Positions 10,889 to 25,038 of a DNA stretch of 64,000 nucleotides are shown one piece after another. Source of the stretch: Perkinsus olseni (Eukaryota); assembly GCA_013115125.1 (NCBI GenBank), contig JABANN010000019.1:62001-126000 (forward strand), in the 5' to 3' direction. The translations under genes and the position numbers were made by a program. The notes under the pieces are model-generated. The model ran no database searches. It saw only the letters and a program-made list of their open reading frames with translations, and was not told the origin of the DNA. Every line of letters begins with the position of its first letter. Positions within the stretch are counted from its first letter, which is position 1.

Positions 10889-13800
10889 TCATTGGAAGAG
10901 AAAACAGTAATTATGAATAATCATCTTCATCAATGGTTGATTCTCAATGAACTGTATATGAGCCGCTCGGCCTATGAGTGAATCCAGACTTCGTTCTGGT
11001 AGGTAAAAATTAACATCCAAGCGAATTAGTTTCTCGGGCGCTATCCCGGATACAAGGGACCGAGCCATTTCTGTGTACCTAGGGAACGACGATAACGGGG
11101 CTATTACCAAGCACTGAACTGGCATGGGTGGTATCGGTCTGCTCTGAGAGTTCATGAGAAAATGTTCGTGAATTATATTTTAACACTAACACGCGCAATC
11201 ACTCCTCACTCACACCGAACCCATCGTTGGCTCCTGTCGCGCCTTGTCCGACACTTCTATGCGTGCAGAATCAAAACCGGCGTATTGATCTTGGCATGAG
11301 GACGCCAGTACCACATGCTGGAACCTGAACCATATACACTGCCAGCAGAAGCAGTTCCAGGGACTACTGGAGCACTCACCGAGGGAGAATTTGCCCCGAC
11401 TCTTTGGCTAGCCGATAGAGGTAGCACTCCTCGGGTATGTCCGAGTCCGCCATGGTCAGCTGGTGCAAACACTCGGACTTCCGCCAACGTTTGAGAACTG
11501 ATCAGTCGAAAGAGAGCCCTATAAAAGCGGCAATCCCCGACGAGGTTAGAATCATTTCCAAAGTCATCACCGAAGCACGCCCCCGAGGTTGCCCTGCGCG
11601 TTTCGACGAGTTGACGATCAACACGCTGAGTCACAAGCACTTACCCCAAAGACCACCTTCAATCAGTTTGTTGCTGTTGTACATATACCCAAGGTGTGGA
11701 GCAGACAGACTCAAGAAGGTGAACCTGGAACAACTTTTCAAAAGCCCATACTCTTCGAAAATTATCACTCCATTTTAATGACGTAGCGCCTACCAGAGCA
11801 AAATTTCAACAGGAATCAGCGGTACCTCACGTGAATCAGAGTGAGCAGTAGATGGCAGTCGTAGCATGTATGAACGGCTGCACTAAAATCCGTACTACAA
11901 CTTCTCTGATATCCCCGGCTGATCCGTGAGCGCTGGCAGTGCTGCCCGTACAATGAGGCCGCCAAGAGAGTGTGAAATGAATGAGAGGCGGGTCTGAAGA
12001 AAGGCAGGTGTAGACGGGAGCCATCATAGATGGGCACTCTCATCTTCCAACCTAACGCTGGGGACGCTTATCACGCACAAACTACTCCCCCGAGAGATCA
12101 CCGACTAGAGGCTTACTAGTGCCGATCCTGGACACCAGTCCGCGATGTAACACGCCACTTCGTCTGCAAGGCGTTGGCCTGTAAACGTCCAGTACGGGAC
12201 CGAAACAGAAGGGAGTGCCTACCCATCTCCGCGATGTTTCCCTCGGTATCCTCTTCATTGCATGAGCTACACAAAAACAACGAATCAGGGAAAACGCAGG
12301 CTAGGTTGTCTTTGAAGAGCCTCATGTCATAGGAACTGCCTTGAAAGCCATGCACCTGAGCGCGGAAACGTGAGTAGTAGTCAAACCGACAACAGAACCC
12401 GACGGTACCAAAACGATGAGATGCGACCCTCTGTATGGTTTCGGATCCGTTGCCATCGGTTTCCGTTGCTCGGTGGGTTCTTCAGAGACATCACCGCTTC
12501 TCGGAGACGACGCGCCGTTTGACTAAAAGGCCACTAGACTTCTCTGGAGAAAGCGGTAGCGCTATGGGGCCCACATATTTTTGCTCAAATATAATTGGCA
12601 TTGCCGACATTCCTGTATAGTGATGACCAGGAGCAGGAGGCTCCCCCTCTTTCACAGGGATCGCTAACTGTGTTGTGTCCTCGATCAGACACAGCGGCTC
12701 CGGTGGGTTGAAGAAAAACGTCCTGAAAGTGACTGAACGGTGAAGACGAATTCACGTGATAGGCTCTGACATTACTCTCTCACACGGTCGGCTGCAGCTT
12801 TATGAGCCTCCCAGATGTCATCCTCCAGAGGAAACGCCAGGTCCCGGCTGGAGTCAACCGTCTGCGTAACGCACGAGTTGCAATGACTGAATCTGCCAGA
12901 GAGAACGCTGCACTTCGCAGGAGGCGGAAGATCTTTCTCCTACTTCTCGATGGTCTTTCTCTCCCATACTCTCCGTAGTCGCTCGCAAACCTCTCGGCAA
13001 CACAGTGGCAGTACATCGAGCAATCTGAAGAGTGAATGCACAAACGGCGGAACGAACACACGCGCCACTCCTCACCCACGGAGACCATCGTCGAGATTTC
13101 GAGAGGATACTACGAAATTTACCTGTGCCAAAGCTCGAATGAGCTCACTGCTAGCACGTTCATCGTTGCCATGATCTCGATAACATTCTTCGGTCCGGCT
13201 CCTTCAGGCTACAGGAAACACACCATGCGGAGCACTCGTCAATTCATAACCACCAGGGAGAATCGAGCATTGCTCTTGAGTGCTCACCGGCTTATGAGGG
13301 ATACTCAACTTCTCCGCTAACGACTTCTCGTAGCGACCATCCAGGCACCGCTTCGTGACCTCACAGAAAAACTGAGGAGACCAGCAAGTACAGCTGGCGG
13401 CGACGGAAAGCTTCGGTAACATACCGATTCGAGATGGCTGTATGCCCCTTCCATGGCATCCATATACGCAGTCGACCCAGCACAAGTCTTTGGTGAAGGA
13501 ACAGATGATTCCTCAGGGTTTGTATCAGTCGTCATCTGAGGAGCAGAGGAGAGATGCCAACGGGGCGCCAGAAGCGTATCGAAAAGCATTCTCCCGCGGA
13601 ACGAAGCTACCAAAGGAAGTGAGTCTTCGTGGTCTTTGCCCACGGAAGCATTCTCCCCCGGAATGTCTTGAAACCGAAGCCAGCCACTTACACCGTTCGC
13701 TACTTTGAGCTTCAAGAACTCCTCTAGAGTTTTGGGCTCGGCGAGAGGAGCGCAAGGAGGGACTGACGCTGTTTCGACGTTACGACTCCGTTCCTCACCA

Positions 13801-15333
13801 CCCTCCGAAATTGCGTCACTCGTGGACTCGGATACCGCTCCGGTCTGAGGTGGGGGGAGCCGAAACCTAAGACAGAAGGTAGATGTAGAACCCCAGAAGG
13901 CGGTTCTTAGAGGCGTCACTGCACCTTCAGCTTACCTGAAGTCTGACAGAGTAGCGCAGATCAGAATTTGCACGGAAGAGAAATGAGCTTCGTCGAAGAT
14001 TACCGGGACGTACCTGCGGAACAGGGTACGGCAGGAGTGTATCGCAGTTGCATGACACTATTTGTCTGCACTCGTGCAACAGTCAAATATCACGATGATG
14101 CACTATTTTTGCACTGGGTTGTATTTTGGTTGCAGATGTACCAGAGATACCGAGGACGTTTTCCGAGTGTAAATGACCATAGAGCTCGCCCAATGCGGTT
14201 ATCGGAAAACCAACGACACTGACTCACTCATAGATGCCACCTTCGATGTGATGGAGGAGTAGCCGCACGGTGGAAGCCACTTTCAATTCGACACCACCTG
14301 ACGATCGCAAGGGGTTCAGCAGTGACTTGAAGCTGCGCGGAATCGCCCGACCGGAAGTGTACACTCTTCAGTGGTGGAAGTTCTCGCAGCAAATGAAGAC
14401 TCACTTCCTTTGGTAGCCTCGTTCAACATTTTCTCCGACTTCAAATTGATGTTACTGTTGACGCCGCAAGCCTTAAGTTCGGCGTAGAGCAGATCAATAT
14501 CACACGCAATCACCTGACTCGCACATGCTGAAACCCTGGCCGACCGTGCCAACAGGAAAACATCAAGATAAACCCCTGTGCGGCGCCATGTATGACCGTC
14601 AGTCTTACTGTTTCACTAGCACGGTCGCCGCTGGATGATGGTTCCGGAATCAGGAGCTCCGATGGGAGTTCTAACCTGGTGAAAAAATAAGTAGCGAGAC
14701 TCGAACGAAGAAATTCCACGATCAGCTCGGGACCCCCTAGACCTTCATCTTACCGGAACTGGCAGAAATCTCCGAGCGGCACCTGCTCCTCGCAGTACCG
14801 TACCAAAAAGCTTCGACTATAGAATGCTACCTGAAGATCCGACCACCCATCGAAACAAATACTCCTAGCTGCCTTCAAGCGGAAGACACCTTACTTCGCT
14901 ATCAGATATAGATGCTTGCTTCACGTGATGAAAGCTGGGCTTGGGGTGACCACCAGTGACCAACTCCGGCTCCTTGAAGATCTCACGGCCTCCAGGATCT
15001 GAGCAAATTAATATTCACCCGTCAAAACTGTTGCGATCTCGAAGAGCACCTTTCGAACGGATAGCGAACCAGTTGTATGGCAGCGCGAATATCCCTGGGT
15101 CCATCTCCGCAGTACCACCGCCGACGGAACCTTCACTCACATTCGGTTCTGACGATGTCCCCTGCTTTGGCACTGATAACTGAGCGCAGAGACTTGAACG
15201 TAAGCTGCGTACGTGGAGGGCCTCCGTTCTTTCTTACCCGAGCTCTAAGCTGGTACAGGCCTTGATGGTACAAGTCAACATTTCTGAATTCATCAAAATG
15301 GATCAAAACTTCAATAACGCCGTGGAGAGGCAT
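10889..15333 (-). CDS. FAM135: FAM135/DUF676 family protein (C-terminal alpha/beta hydrolase), many exons
   Basis: N-terminal EVLIHFDEFRNVDLYHQGLYQLR is the FAM135 N-terminal motif. C-terminal exons give VHGFQGSSYDMRL, RLSFISHSLGGLIVR, FLSLSAPHLGY, FQHVVLASSCQDQYAGFDSARIE and LDSLIGRAAHIQFIEN. Stop at 10889. Confidence 0.9.
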
Positions 15334-15919
15334 TTGACCTTGAAGGTGGAGGAGTATATAGAAAAAAACAAATCTGGACAACCCTGGACAACCTTGAAGG
15401 ATGACTTCCCTGAAACTTTCAGGCTGAAAGCACCATTCGCTAAGGAGTAGCCTGCAGCATTATTGCACAGCGTACTACGGTACCACACGATGGCAGTCGC
15501 CCTCCGACACCTTTTCCACAGGAATTGTCAGTACTAACGGAATCTTTGTTCTTGTAAACAGAAGGAGATATCCTATCATTGCATCCCCCTTGTTTCGACA
15601 CAGAAACCCACCATTGACCCGCCCGCTATGTCATCGAATGCGGAGGTACGGTCCTGTTGTGCGTACCAAACGCAACGTGCACTCACAGGCTGCGATAAGA
15701 CACTTTCGCAGCGATAAAAAATACGAGTCATGAGACCGTCGGTACTCATGAACTTGAAATAACTTCTACTGGCATTCACACACAGGCACACAATAGATGG
15801 CATGTGATTGGCACTGACACGATAGGAAAGAAAACTACTGCCAATAAGGATCGAGATAGAACAGAGAAAATAGACCGAGACGAAGAGGGAACTCCCGAAA
15901 CTTGAAGACAAGAGGAGAG

Positions 15920-18393
15920 TCAGAATTTGGTCATGCGAGAGTTGCCTTTGCCGAGGAGAACAAAAACTCGGCCGATGCCACCATTGACCGTTACAAATAA
16001 TTTATCAGAGTCATTTCCTCGTACTAGGTCGGTGATCTCAACAGCGAACGCAGGCAACCCGGGATAGCTCGCCCGAAGTGCTCTCATCCTGTGTAATAGG
16101 GGCTGCAACTTCGATATCACTTCACTCACTTCAGACCTATCAACAGCGCGCCATATGAACTCCACATGACGCGCTAGAGAGACCCACAACTTTACACGTC
16201 CCTTCACTTTGCGGACCAATACTTCCCGGTCCACGGACAAAAACGTAATCATCTTCGGTGGCAACGGCGCTTGCTCGCTCGACCCCCGTCCATTCCCCGA
16301 AACGCCGCCTTTGACGCCGGTCTGCCCTGGTCTACTCCCCCTCGCGGAGAGACTACTCAGTCGTTGCTCGAGCGTCCTCCCAGGAACAATCGTGGCATTG
16401 CTGCTACTACTGCCGCCGCCGGGATAGACCGATGAAGTCGTTTCGTCGAGGCCGTACGCGGCGGTCAGGGCGAGACCAAGTGCAGAGTGATCTGTGAAAG
16501 CCGCGGAGCGGTGATCACAAGCCACATTAGGGGGACACTGCATGGGAGTGCACAGGCCGAGGCCGCCATTCACCGACATAAAAATCTTACCATCACCTGG
16601 GTTCACTGTGAGCATATCGGACACCTCAACGGCGATATTGCCAGTTTCTCTCCCTCTGGCAACCTGCACGCTTGAAAGTTCAGTTCTCAATTGGCGGCTT
16701 TGAAGCCCTCTCAGAAAGGCGCCAGCCTTATCCCGTGGTATGCCGTGAGGGTCCCAAGAGAAGCATGTTGCTGCGGCTTTCAGACTAACCCAGACCGGAG
16801 GCTCGCCAGGCTGCAGGCTGATACGCTCTATCAGTTCCCTCCCACTCAACGCCCTTGTCTCGCCCACCGGCGCATCCACGTTGAAATCATCGCTCTCCTG
16901 CATCCATCTGCAAGCATAGATCTGATCGAACCCCCAGCGCCTGTCCGGATCAGGGTCTAGCAGACCCAGCATGGCCTCCATTACCCACGGATTCATTGGT
17001 CTGAGAGGCCCTTGTATGCGAAGCCGGCCAGGAGTATCACTGTAGTCCATGGAAGGTGCTCTGCCTTGATAGACTTGATGCAGTATAACTCCCAAACCCC
17101 ATAGATCGACCTTGGCTGTATACTCCTGATGCAGTATAACCTCAGGGGCGGCGTACTGCTCCGTCCCGAAAAACCTATGCCTTTCCTCACCGTCGAGCTC
17201 CGAACTCTGTTCCAACCCCGTAAAGGTTCGAGCAAAGGCGGCCATACCGAAATCTAGTAGGCGAGCGTTGTCGTTGCTGTCTATCATAACATTCTCAGCC
17301 TTGATGTCTCTGTGCCACACCGAATGAGCGTGACTGTATTCCAGCGCCAGGCAAAGTTGAAGCATCCACTTTCGCATGCGCAGGGGGTCAACTGCGCCGT
17401 GGTACCGTTCCATGGCGAGAACCTAGGCGAACATATCGGAAGCCTGCGCGCCTTCGCCTGCCAACTACCTCCACGAGATCCATCCCTACAGGGTGAACTG
17501 CTTCGAACAAGAGACAAAGTAGACAGTCGGTGAGGATGAAGTCACAGAGCTGAACGATGTAGGGGTGTGTTACTGAGCTTTGTAGTCGCGACAAAGTCTC
17601 CGCCTCAATCTGAGAAAGACGAACGAGTCGCGGAGTACCAAGTAAGCCACAACTCACCAGAACATTGTTGTCAATCGGCTTCATCTTCGCGACGTAGTCC
17701 GAGCCGTTCTTTGAGCAATAGACAACCCACGCCTCCCCTCCCTGCACGTCGTCGGGGAGAGGACTGATGTCTTCGTACCTGATGACGCCCGGATGAGAGC
17801 GTGTGGCTAGAACACAATCGAGCACGGGCCCGCGCACGCGCAGAAAAACAGAGAGAAGAGAACCAGCAACGGGCTCGGGAATAGGTACCCCCGATCTCGC
17901 AAGAGGTCCATCATTCGCTTCTGAGCCAACGCTTGTTGACGGTCCTCTTCGGTTAGCCTCGCGTCACCAGGGTATAGCCAACGGTCTTCGAAGTCCGCAC
18001 TGTACTCCATCGACCCACATAGATCAACGCCACTAGCGTGCATAGAATCACAAGATGCGGCAACTCTGTGAGAGAAGTCGAACTGCCCTGAACCTGAATA
18101 GTGGGAACCGATGAACCACATGCTTGGCGCAGGAGAGAGTAGAAGCAAGACACTCCCGCTAGGGTCCCAGTTAGGTTGAAAGAGGGGAGAGCGACTCCTG
18201 CCGTGACACTACATAGTATATTCTCATCGGGCTTAGGTAAGTTTATGACCGGTGCCGGCCTTTCTGCCTTGGGATGTCGACCTCCACGATAGGCCGCGGG
18301 TATAGAAGAGTTGTCGAAGCAACGCCCCTGTATGTAGTGATGGTGCCCGGACGGGTGGGGCATAGTTACCCTGGCAAGGGCAAACACAACCAC
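15920..18393 (-). CDS. Ser/Thr protein kinase with a duplicated C-terminal module; 5' exons uncertain
   Basis: YVAKMK, HPYIVQL, HRDIKAENVMID, DFG, GTEQYAAPE and DLWGLG are present. No canonical GxGxxG loop is visible. Confidence 0.9.
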
Positions 18394-18699
18394 TGCGAGA
18401 AAGGCTACAACAAATTCATCTTAGAGACCCTAAACCACGAACTGGTCTTGGCTGCCTTCTCATCGAATCCAGTATGAGCTCAGTCAGTACTGTCCTGCCC
18501 GTTAGTGGCACTTCTTGGGCGCCTCCCTCCAGAACACCAACGTAACGCCCTTAGAAACGTCACGTAGAATTAAAATGGAGGCGAGCTGCTTCTTGCCACT
18601 CAAAATAAATGACGAACCCCACAAGAAGACATCCAGAGTGTTCAATCCCTACACCATCCACAGCTGGTCCGATGCAACTGCGCGAGTGCTCCGCTTACT

Positions 18700-21259
18700 T
18701 CACTCCACCGCTGCAGCCTCCGCCTCCGAATTCTCTAATTGAGCGGCCTCAAACAACCGCTGTTTCTCTTGTCTCAAGGCACGCAGAATATCGGTAACCT
18801 GTGCCGATATGTAGCATACCATAATACGCGCTACACCTGCGAATCGCCCACCTGCGGAAGCTCCGAGATCAAGTTCTTGAAAGCTAGCATCCATTCTATG
18901 ACGGCCTCTGCATCCCTGGGCCCCCAGGATGGATGTATATAGCGATCAAGCTTACAACAGCGGCTGTACTGAGTACCGTAGTAGTGGTACCTGATTTAGT
19001 GTCCGCGTCTAATTACCCAGAAGAGGCTAAGTGCGCAGGAAAGCATTGGAAACCAAAGGAAACATGGAACTGAATCGCTCTATCACACCGACTTATTATA
19101 GGAATGACAGAGATGAGCGGTTCTCCAATGGCTGAAGATGCTAATGAAGTTACAGGGCAAGGCGCAGAGAATCGCCATGCCACAGCAGTTCGGGCAAAAG
19201 CCACCCCACCGGGCTCACCTGACTGGGTTGGTGCATGGGAATTCCTTCGACAGGTGGTTCAGGCATTTGCCGAAGTCCAACTCGGAAGTGTCTTCTGAGA
19301 GTAATAGCTGCTATCACCAGCAACCCATTCTACAGAATGGCTGCACACCCGTCCAAACTACTCCGGGCGCAGAAAGTTAAGACACGCCGAAACTCACCAT
19401 TATTCTCCGTTTCGCTCTCGTCTAACGCCTCTGCCTTACGCAGGCCGATATCCGGTATCTCCGCATCGTGACGTAACGTGCCAATTCCCCCTCCGTTCTT
19501 CTTCGAACTCTCTATACAATTACCTGAACAACAGTATCCAAGAGAACCAACCCGTGCCGCGACAAGGTAGAGGGACCGACCCGATGAAGGTCTCCAAAGG
19601 TGAATAGCGAAGTGTTGGCTGAGACACCGAGTATGCTCCTGCCGTTACTACCAGGATCTCGAGCACCAGGACTCTCCTTCTCCTCGATCAACTCTCGCTG
19701 GAGCTGGACCTGCCTAGCCTGTTCTCTGTGAGCAATCAGTGGTATCTCCGCGATCTGATGATGAGAACAACGGCGCTAAGGGATTTTGCAGATTCACGCT
19801 CCCGCCCGAGAATCATTATCACCATCGTTAGCACTCGCCAACGCCTTACATATGCTATGGTTTCGTCCACTGTGAAGCCATGCTCGATCATCACATCAGT
19901 AACGAATTCGAACGGGCTACAGAGGTTGCCGGAGTAGTGGAGAATCTTAACTCCTGAATTACAATTGACCACACTCAGTAGTGGCAAGACGCGGGCGCAA
20001 TAATGGCGGGACCAACCTGGGAACGTCTTGCAGTTGTAGTGATGCCACTCCGCAGATCCGTACTGGTTGAGATGGATTTGGAAATTGTACCGGCAGCTTA
20101 TATGGCTCCACTGTTGATGACTTCGACTAGCATACCATCTCGTGAGATACCTGAAGGAAATAGCACCATATGGCAAGGGGACCGATGATGATGAGAATGC
20201 CCTACTCCTGCTCAGCGCCACATGTCGGCCAGTGTGCGGGGTTGTTGTAGTAGGAAACCTCGTCCATCATGCAATTAAAGACCTGATCGAGTATGTTTCA
20301 TTCATTCATCTCAATGCCCGAATGCGAGATCAAGGCACAACAGGGCGGACCTCTTTCGATGGCTCCAAGAGCATGCAACCGCCGTTGATACCCGTTATCT
20401 GTCTATGGCCGTTCCAGAATGACGTCACCGGTACCTTGGCACCTGTTCGCGAAGCGATGAGGACGATTCGGGCTCTTTAAGGGCTACCATGTCTCGGAGG
20501 GAATGTTCCCCGCACGAGAGCGGCAGGAGGTTGAAGGTCAAAAATCTCATCAATGTTGTCTCGGACCAGCATGTCGCTGTCTAGCAGACAAACCTTGGAG
20601 TATTCCGTGAGTTCTAGCACTCGCAGTTTGGTGAAAACGTCCTTGAACCTGAGCCACACATTAAAGGACCAAGCTTGCAGAGGAATTATACGCGATCGCT
20701 GAGGCGCTCAGCGACCTCGCCTGCTGAGGGACCGATCCACCTAGTTGGTGGCGGCAACAGAGCACGTACAAAAGCACACAGGGGATCTAACGCCCGGACA
20801 GCAATCATTGATCCAACTATTCGCTCGAGGCGAGCCCACACGGACGCTCTCAGTCGACAGACTCAAAAAGAGACACCTACCGGCTTCCCTTGAAGTTAAG
20901 GAACAGCCTTGTAGAGACGTTCCGTATGTATTCAACTTCCCGACAATCCCATACCCTCCGCAGACTATCGAGGAACTCCACAGGCACATCGGCGGTGTGT
21001 AGGAGCACCATATCATGCTGTGTTCGCCCTCGATGCTTCAGCGACCACCCGAGTACCTTGATGCGTCGCATGAAACTCGACCCGGGACAACGTGGAAGCA
21101 GCGGACGATTCTCTCGAGCGAGACGAAGCCTGTTACCATGGCGCCAACGAAGTAGTCCGCTCCATTCCCATACATAACGGTGACCCACGCGTTCCTCGAA
21201 CGGCGGCGGCGAGGCGGGGGACGGCGACTGGCAACAGAAAGGTTCTCAGAGTATTTCAT
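18700..21259 (-). CDS. Glycosyltransferase family 8 (glycogenin-like) with a C-terminal extension; 3' end approximate
   Basis: AWVTVMYG..DYFVGAM|VLGWSL, FTKLRVLELTEYSKVCLLDSDMLVRDNIDEIF (DxD motif), INGGCMLLEPS, RYNFQ and KILHYSG. Confidence 0.9.
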
Positions 21260-21322
21260 TGTAGGCAGAGGCAAATTACACAAGGAGAATTCACAGCGCT
21301 CTGACAGCTTTCGGCCCCCCTA

Positions 21323-23070
21323 TTACGGAGGTCCGGAGGAGGACACGGCAGTGTCGCTCTGTGATGGTATAGGTTTCACTTCGACGTATATCGGCTTAAA
21401 GCAGTTGGGACATCCGACCTCAGTCAAGGGATGTGAATGAGCTCCAGCGGCAGCATCAGGAATGGGTATGGTTGTTCCGGTCTTCAACGTTCGACCTCGA
21501 AAGGCAGCTATTCTCTCCCTGGCGGACCAACTGTACCAGTCTGTAACGGCAGAGACTCTCACGAAGGCCTATCTCGACAACTTGAGTAGGCCCGTACGAG
21601 TTCAATATTCGCGCAGCATCACCGAGACTATCAACGAGCGGCTGAGCATAGAAAGCCCTCTCCGCGAATGGAGCCTCGAAGGACCTCCACCGGCCCACCC
21701 CTACTACCCTCCATATTCCACGCTACCAGTCGAATGCAGCTCGCTCTCAGATCATCATTATTGGTCAAGTCCAGCTGACGACCTTCCTCATCATGAGTAC
21801 TGCTACCACATTTCGAGGTAAACCCATCTGTGGAATCGTTGGCCTTGCGGGGTGGGATATCCGCGGTGGTCGCAGCCTGCCATGAATAGAGCTATCGGAT
21901 GATCGACAATGTAGTCCATTGAAGGCGGTCACGCGAACGGGACTAGAGCTTTAGGACCAGCCATACTGAGCTGGAAGTATCTCTTAACGACCAATCTCGT
22001 GTATGACCTCCGAGTCGATCAATCCCTTCAGCCTGTCCAGAACAGCCCGTTGCTGCTCTCGTGTGCCGTTCCTCTTCACATCCTCAATAAGTCGTTTAAA
22101 TAGCTCGCTCTCTCGCTCCGGACCTACGGAACTAATACTTCTTGCTATGAGCAAGACGAAGATGAGTGAGGTGTCCGCGGAACAGAGACTGAGAAAGTTC
22201 ATGACTTATGTAGTCCCCTGACTACTATGGAAATGTCCGCGGGCCTAGACGAAATATGTAATGATTGTATTACCATCGGGTAAGCTTGCCGTACTGATCG
22301 TGCTGTCCGGAGAGCCTTGGGCGACGGGGAGGTCAAGAGGCATGAGCAGCAGTCAACTACTCCCCGAAAGATGGTAATCCAGAGCGTTGCTTAGCTGAAA
22401 CCTGCATTCACTCTTAAACGAAAATCAAAACGGAATGAAACCGTAGTCCATCGTATCGATGAGATATGCTCACACCGTGAGCACTCCGCTCAGCACATGA
22501 ACGTGGTCGCCCTTCGCAGTCCGGTTGACTGCACAGACCAAGGCGATGAGCATACTTGTCACCATGGATCTGCTACCCCGCAAAGCCCTGAGCGCTCATA
22601 TATCACCTACCATCCATATCAACTTCCGAATGTGATACGGTCGTAGGAGACCGACAGCTTCCGTGACAAATGCAATGCCGTGAATCTAGACGGAGCAGTG
22701 CCCGGATGAGTTTACGGTCCTCGCCCGACTCAGATGTCGCTGTTGATTGCGCAACACGACTCAGAACACGACTCGGGTTATTTCCAAAGAGTACCGCCTT
22801 TTGTGGCACAGACCGCACCAGATGCATTAGTCACCAACTTGCCGCCGGCGACTAGACGAAGGAGGAAAGTCATGAGGAAACAGGGGAACGACAGGGGAAA
22901 CATGAAGTCCTACCGTGGGATTAGCGAATCCGAATTCAAGCAGGCAGCGAGCAATGGCGGGTAGCAAGTCCAAACGACGACTATGATAGCTGTTGCCAAC
23001 AGCCTGTTGACTCAGTCTCGAGAGTTTATCCGTGACGCACGATTCGAGTTGGACGATCGAATCACACACT
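21323..23070 (-). CDS. Hypothetical protein(s), multi-exon; may extend further upstream
   Basis: Several GT/AG-bounded minus-strand open segments (e.g. ELFKRLIEDVKRNGTREQQRAVLDRLKGLID). The last exon contains CPNC and ends at TAA 21323. Confidence 0.3.
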
Positions 23071-23641
23071 CTACTTGGGCTGATGCTCTAGTGCATTGCA
23101 TGCTGTTCACGTCGAGAATTTTTTTGACTCAGCAAGATCAACCAGGGCTTTGAGAGCTAGTCTCAATCGTAGACAGAATGAGAGGGGAGGAAGTCCCGGA
23201 CGTCTCTGCCTTCCTCAGCGGTGGCTCCCTTCGAACAGCCAAGGACGGAATCTGGCACAGACGGCGGATGCACGAGAGCTAATAGACCACCACGTAAGGC
23301 GACGCTCGAAATGCTCTCTATTCATTCAACCACAAACCCCTCGACCCAGCAATGCGATCGACAAGCCCCGGGAGGTAACCTTTGAGAATAACGTTGAGTG
23401 AGTCTGTCAGCCTCAGCTTGGCCGTCCTCCAAACCTGTTCAACAGAGACGCTCAGTTGGATGCACACCCATTACTTCCCCCAGGCGAATATTAAATCAGA
23501 AACTCGCACAAAGTAACGATGATATCACACATATAAAAGGAGTCACGACCAGCGTCCTAGAGTACCGGAATAAGAATCGACTTGAGTACTGTAATGGTTT
23601 TACCAATGTTACACAAATACTACACCTAACAAGCGCTGCCC

Positions 23642-24758
23642 CTAGATAATTCTAGTACGTCGACTAGCCTTACTAGGAGTACTTGTACAATCTGAGAGAA
23701 TAGGAGTTTGCTCGTTCCGCTTCAAGCGTTGGGCCTTAGCGCGGGACTCTCGTTTCCGGAGAACGTGTGCCGGAAGTTTCTTCAGAGCTTCTTGCAGATC
23801 GATGCCATAGAGAGGTACTGTCTGTAACTCGTAGAACGGCACTGTCGAGTCATCTCCCGGTGAGTGATCACCTTCGAGCTCAGCCTGACTGCTCGAAGCC
23901 ACCTTACAGTTAGGCGATGAAGTAGCAGAATTGGCGTTAACCTGAGAAATCCGCACTCGGGAAATTACACAACGGATTTCGATGACATCACACTACATAC
24001 CAATCCTCGCCCGAATCCATCGAGAACCCTCGGAAAATGACTACCAATTACCTTGAAATTCATGCGACGAAAAAACTCCTCGTCGACGTCGAACGGTTTG
24101 AAGAGCACGAAACAAGATCGGCTGTGAGCTGAAAAAGAAGGCAAATTACCGTCGAACAGGCGCATCAAAAACTGATGGAAGGAAGTCCAACACGAAGATA
24201 CGAAAACAACTATCCCGTAACCTGCGGCGAACGCCCGTTACTATTTCGAAACTCCGTAACTTACGATCAACTTTAGTGGCAAAAGTTACTGCATTCCCCT
24301 CCACTGGACTGGGCAAGTCACCTAGCTTCTCATCTAGGGCTTTCTTGATACTCAGCCAATCGACCTAAATGGTCGAAGCCGTCACCAGATAATGATGTGA
24401 AGCAGCTCATAGAAAACGAACAGTTGCCGTCCCGAGACCTACAGCTTTCGGGATGTTGTCCACGGTGGCAACTACGCCACCATCGTGAACATGAACATTC
24501 TTTAGCTGCGTCGGTCTCGAGGGTATCTTAGCCGTTTCGCTGCAAACACTCTCCACAAGGGTCGCTACAGTCCTAAAAGTGAAGACAAAAGGTTGTAGCC
24601 GACATGATGATAGAGCAGACGTCGTACCTCTTCTCCCTCGGATCACCCGGAGAATGACCCCTGACGACTCCTGCAGTCAGTAAACGCTCATCACTAGGCG
24701 CCGGGTTGGCCTGAAGTTGAGCATACAGGAAATATCTGCTGATATCTTGACTACACAT
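23642..24758 (-). CDS. Truncated paralog of the adjacent La protein (RRM region only), inverted duplicate
   Basis: QLKNVHVHDGGVVATVDNIP, GNAVTFATKVD, RSCFVLFKPFDVDEEFF and YGIDLQEALKKLPAHVLRKRESRAK align with the + strand La gene, with introns at matching positions. No La motif or DUF3223 is seen. Confidence 0.8.
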
Positions 24759-25038
24759 TCGTCAGGGGGTCCTGGGAGCTCGGATCTGCTACCCACGCGA
24801 GGCCGTTTCCTTGTAGGAGATGAGTGAGAAGATGACGACATTATAGGAAAGGCTGTTCAACGATCAGAACGCATTATCCATATTGCGCTCCGCTCCGCCG
24901 AAAGATAGCCGCGCTCGCCACAGTCATCGATTGCTCCGCATGGCGTTGCGCTGTCGTGTGTCGAAGTCGGACAACTATGCTGAGTTCTGATAGCAATAAG
25001 TTGCGTTGTTGTAGTTGACCGTCCCGTCCTGTTACGTT

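Noticed and set aside
17388-17837. Apparent frameshifts between overlapping ORFs (kinase, proB, PEPCK, ALDH)
   Set aside because: Those I traced are explained by short spliceosomal introns, with no need for recoding or pseudogenisation.
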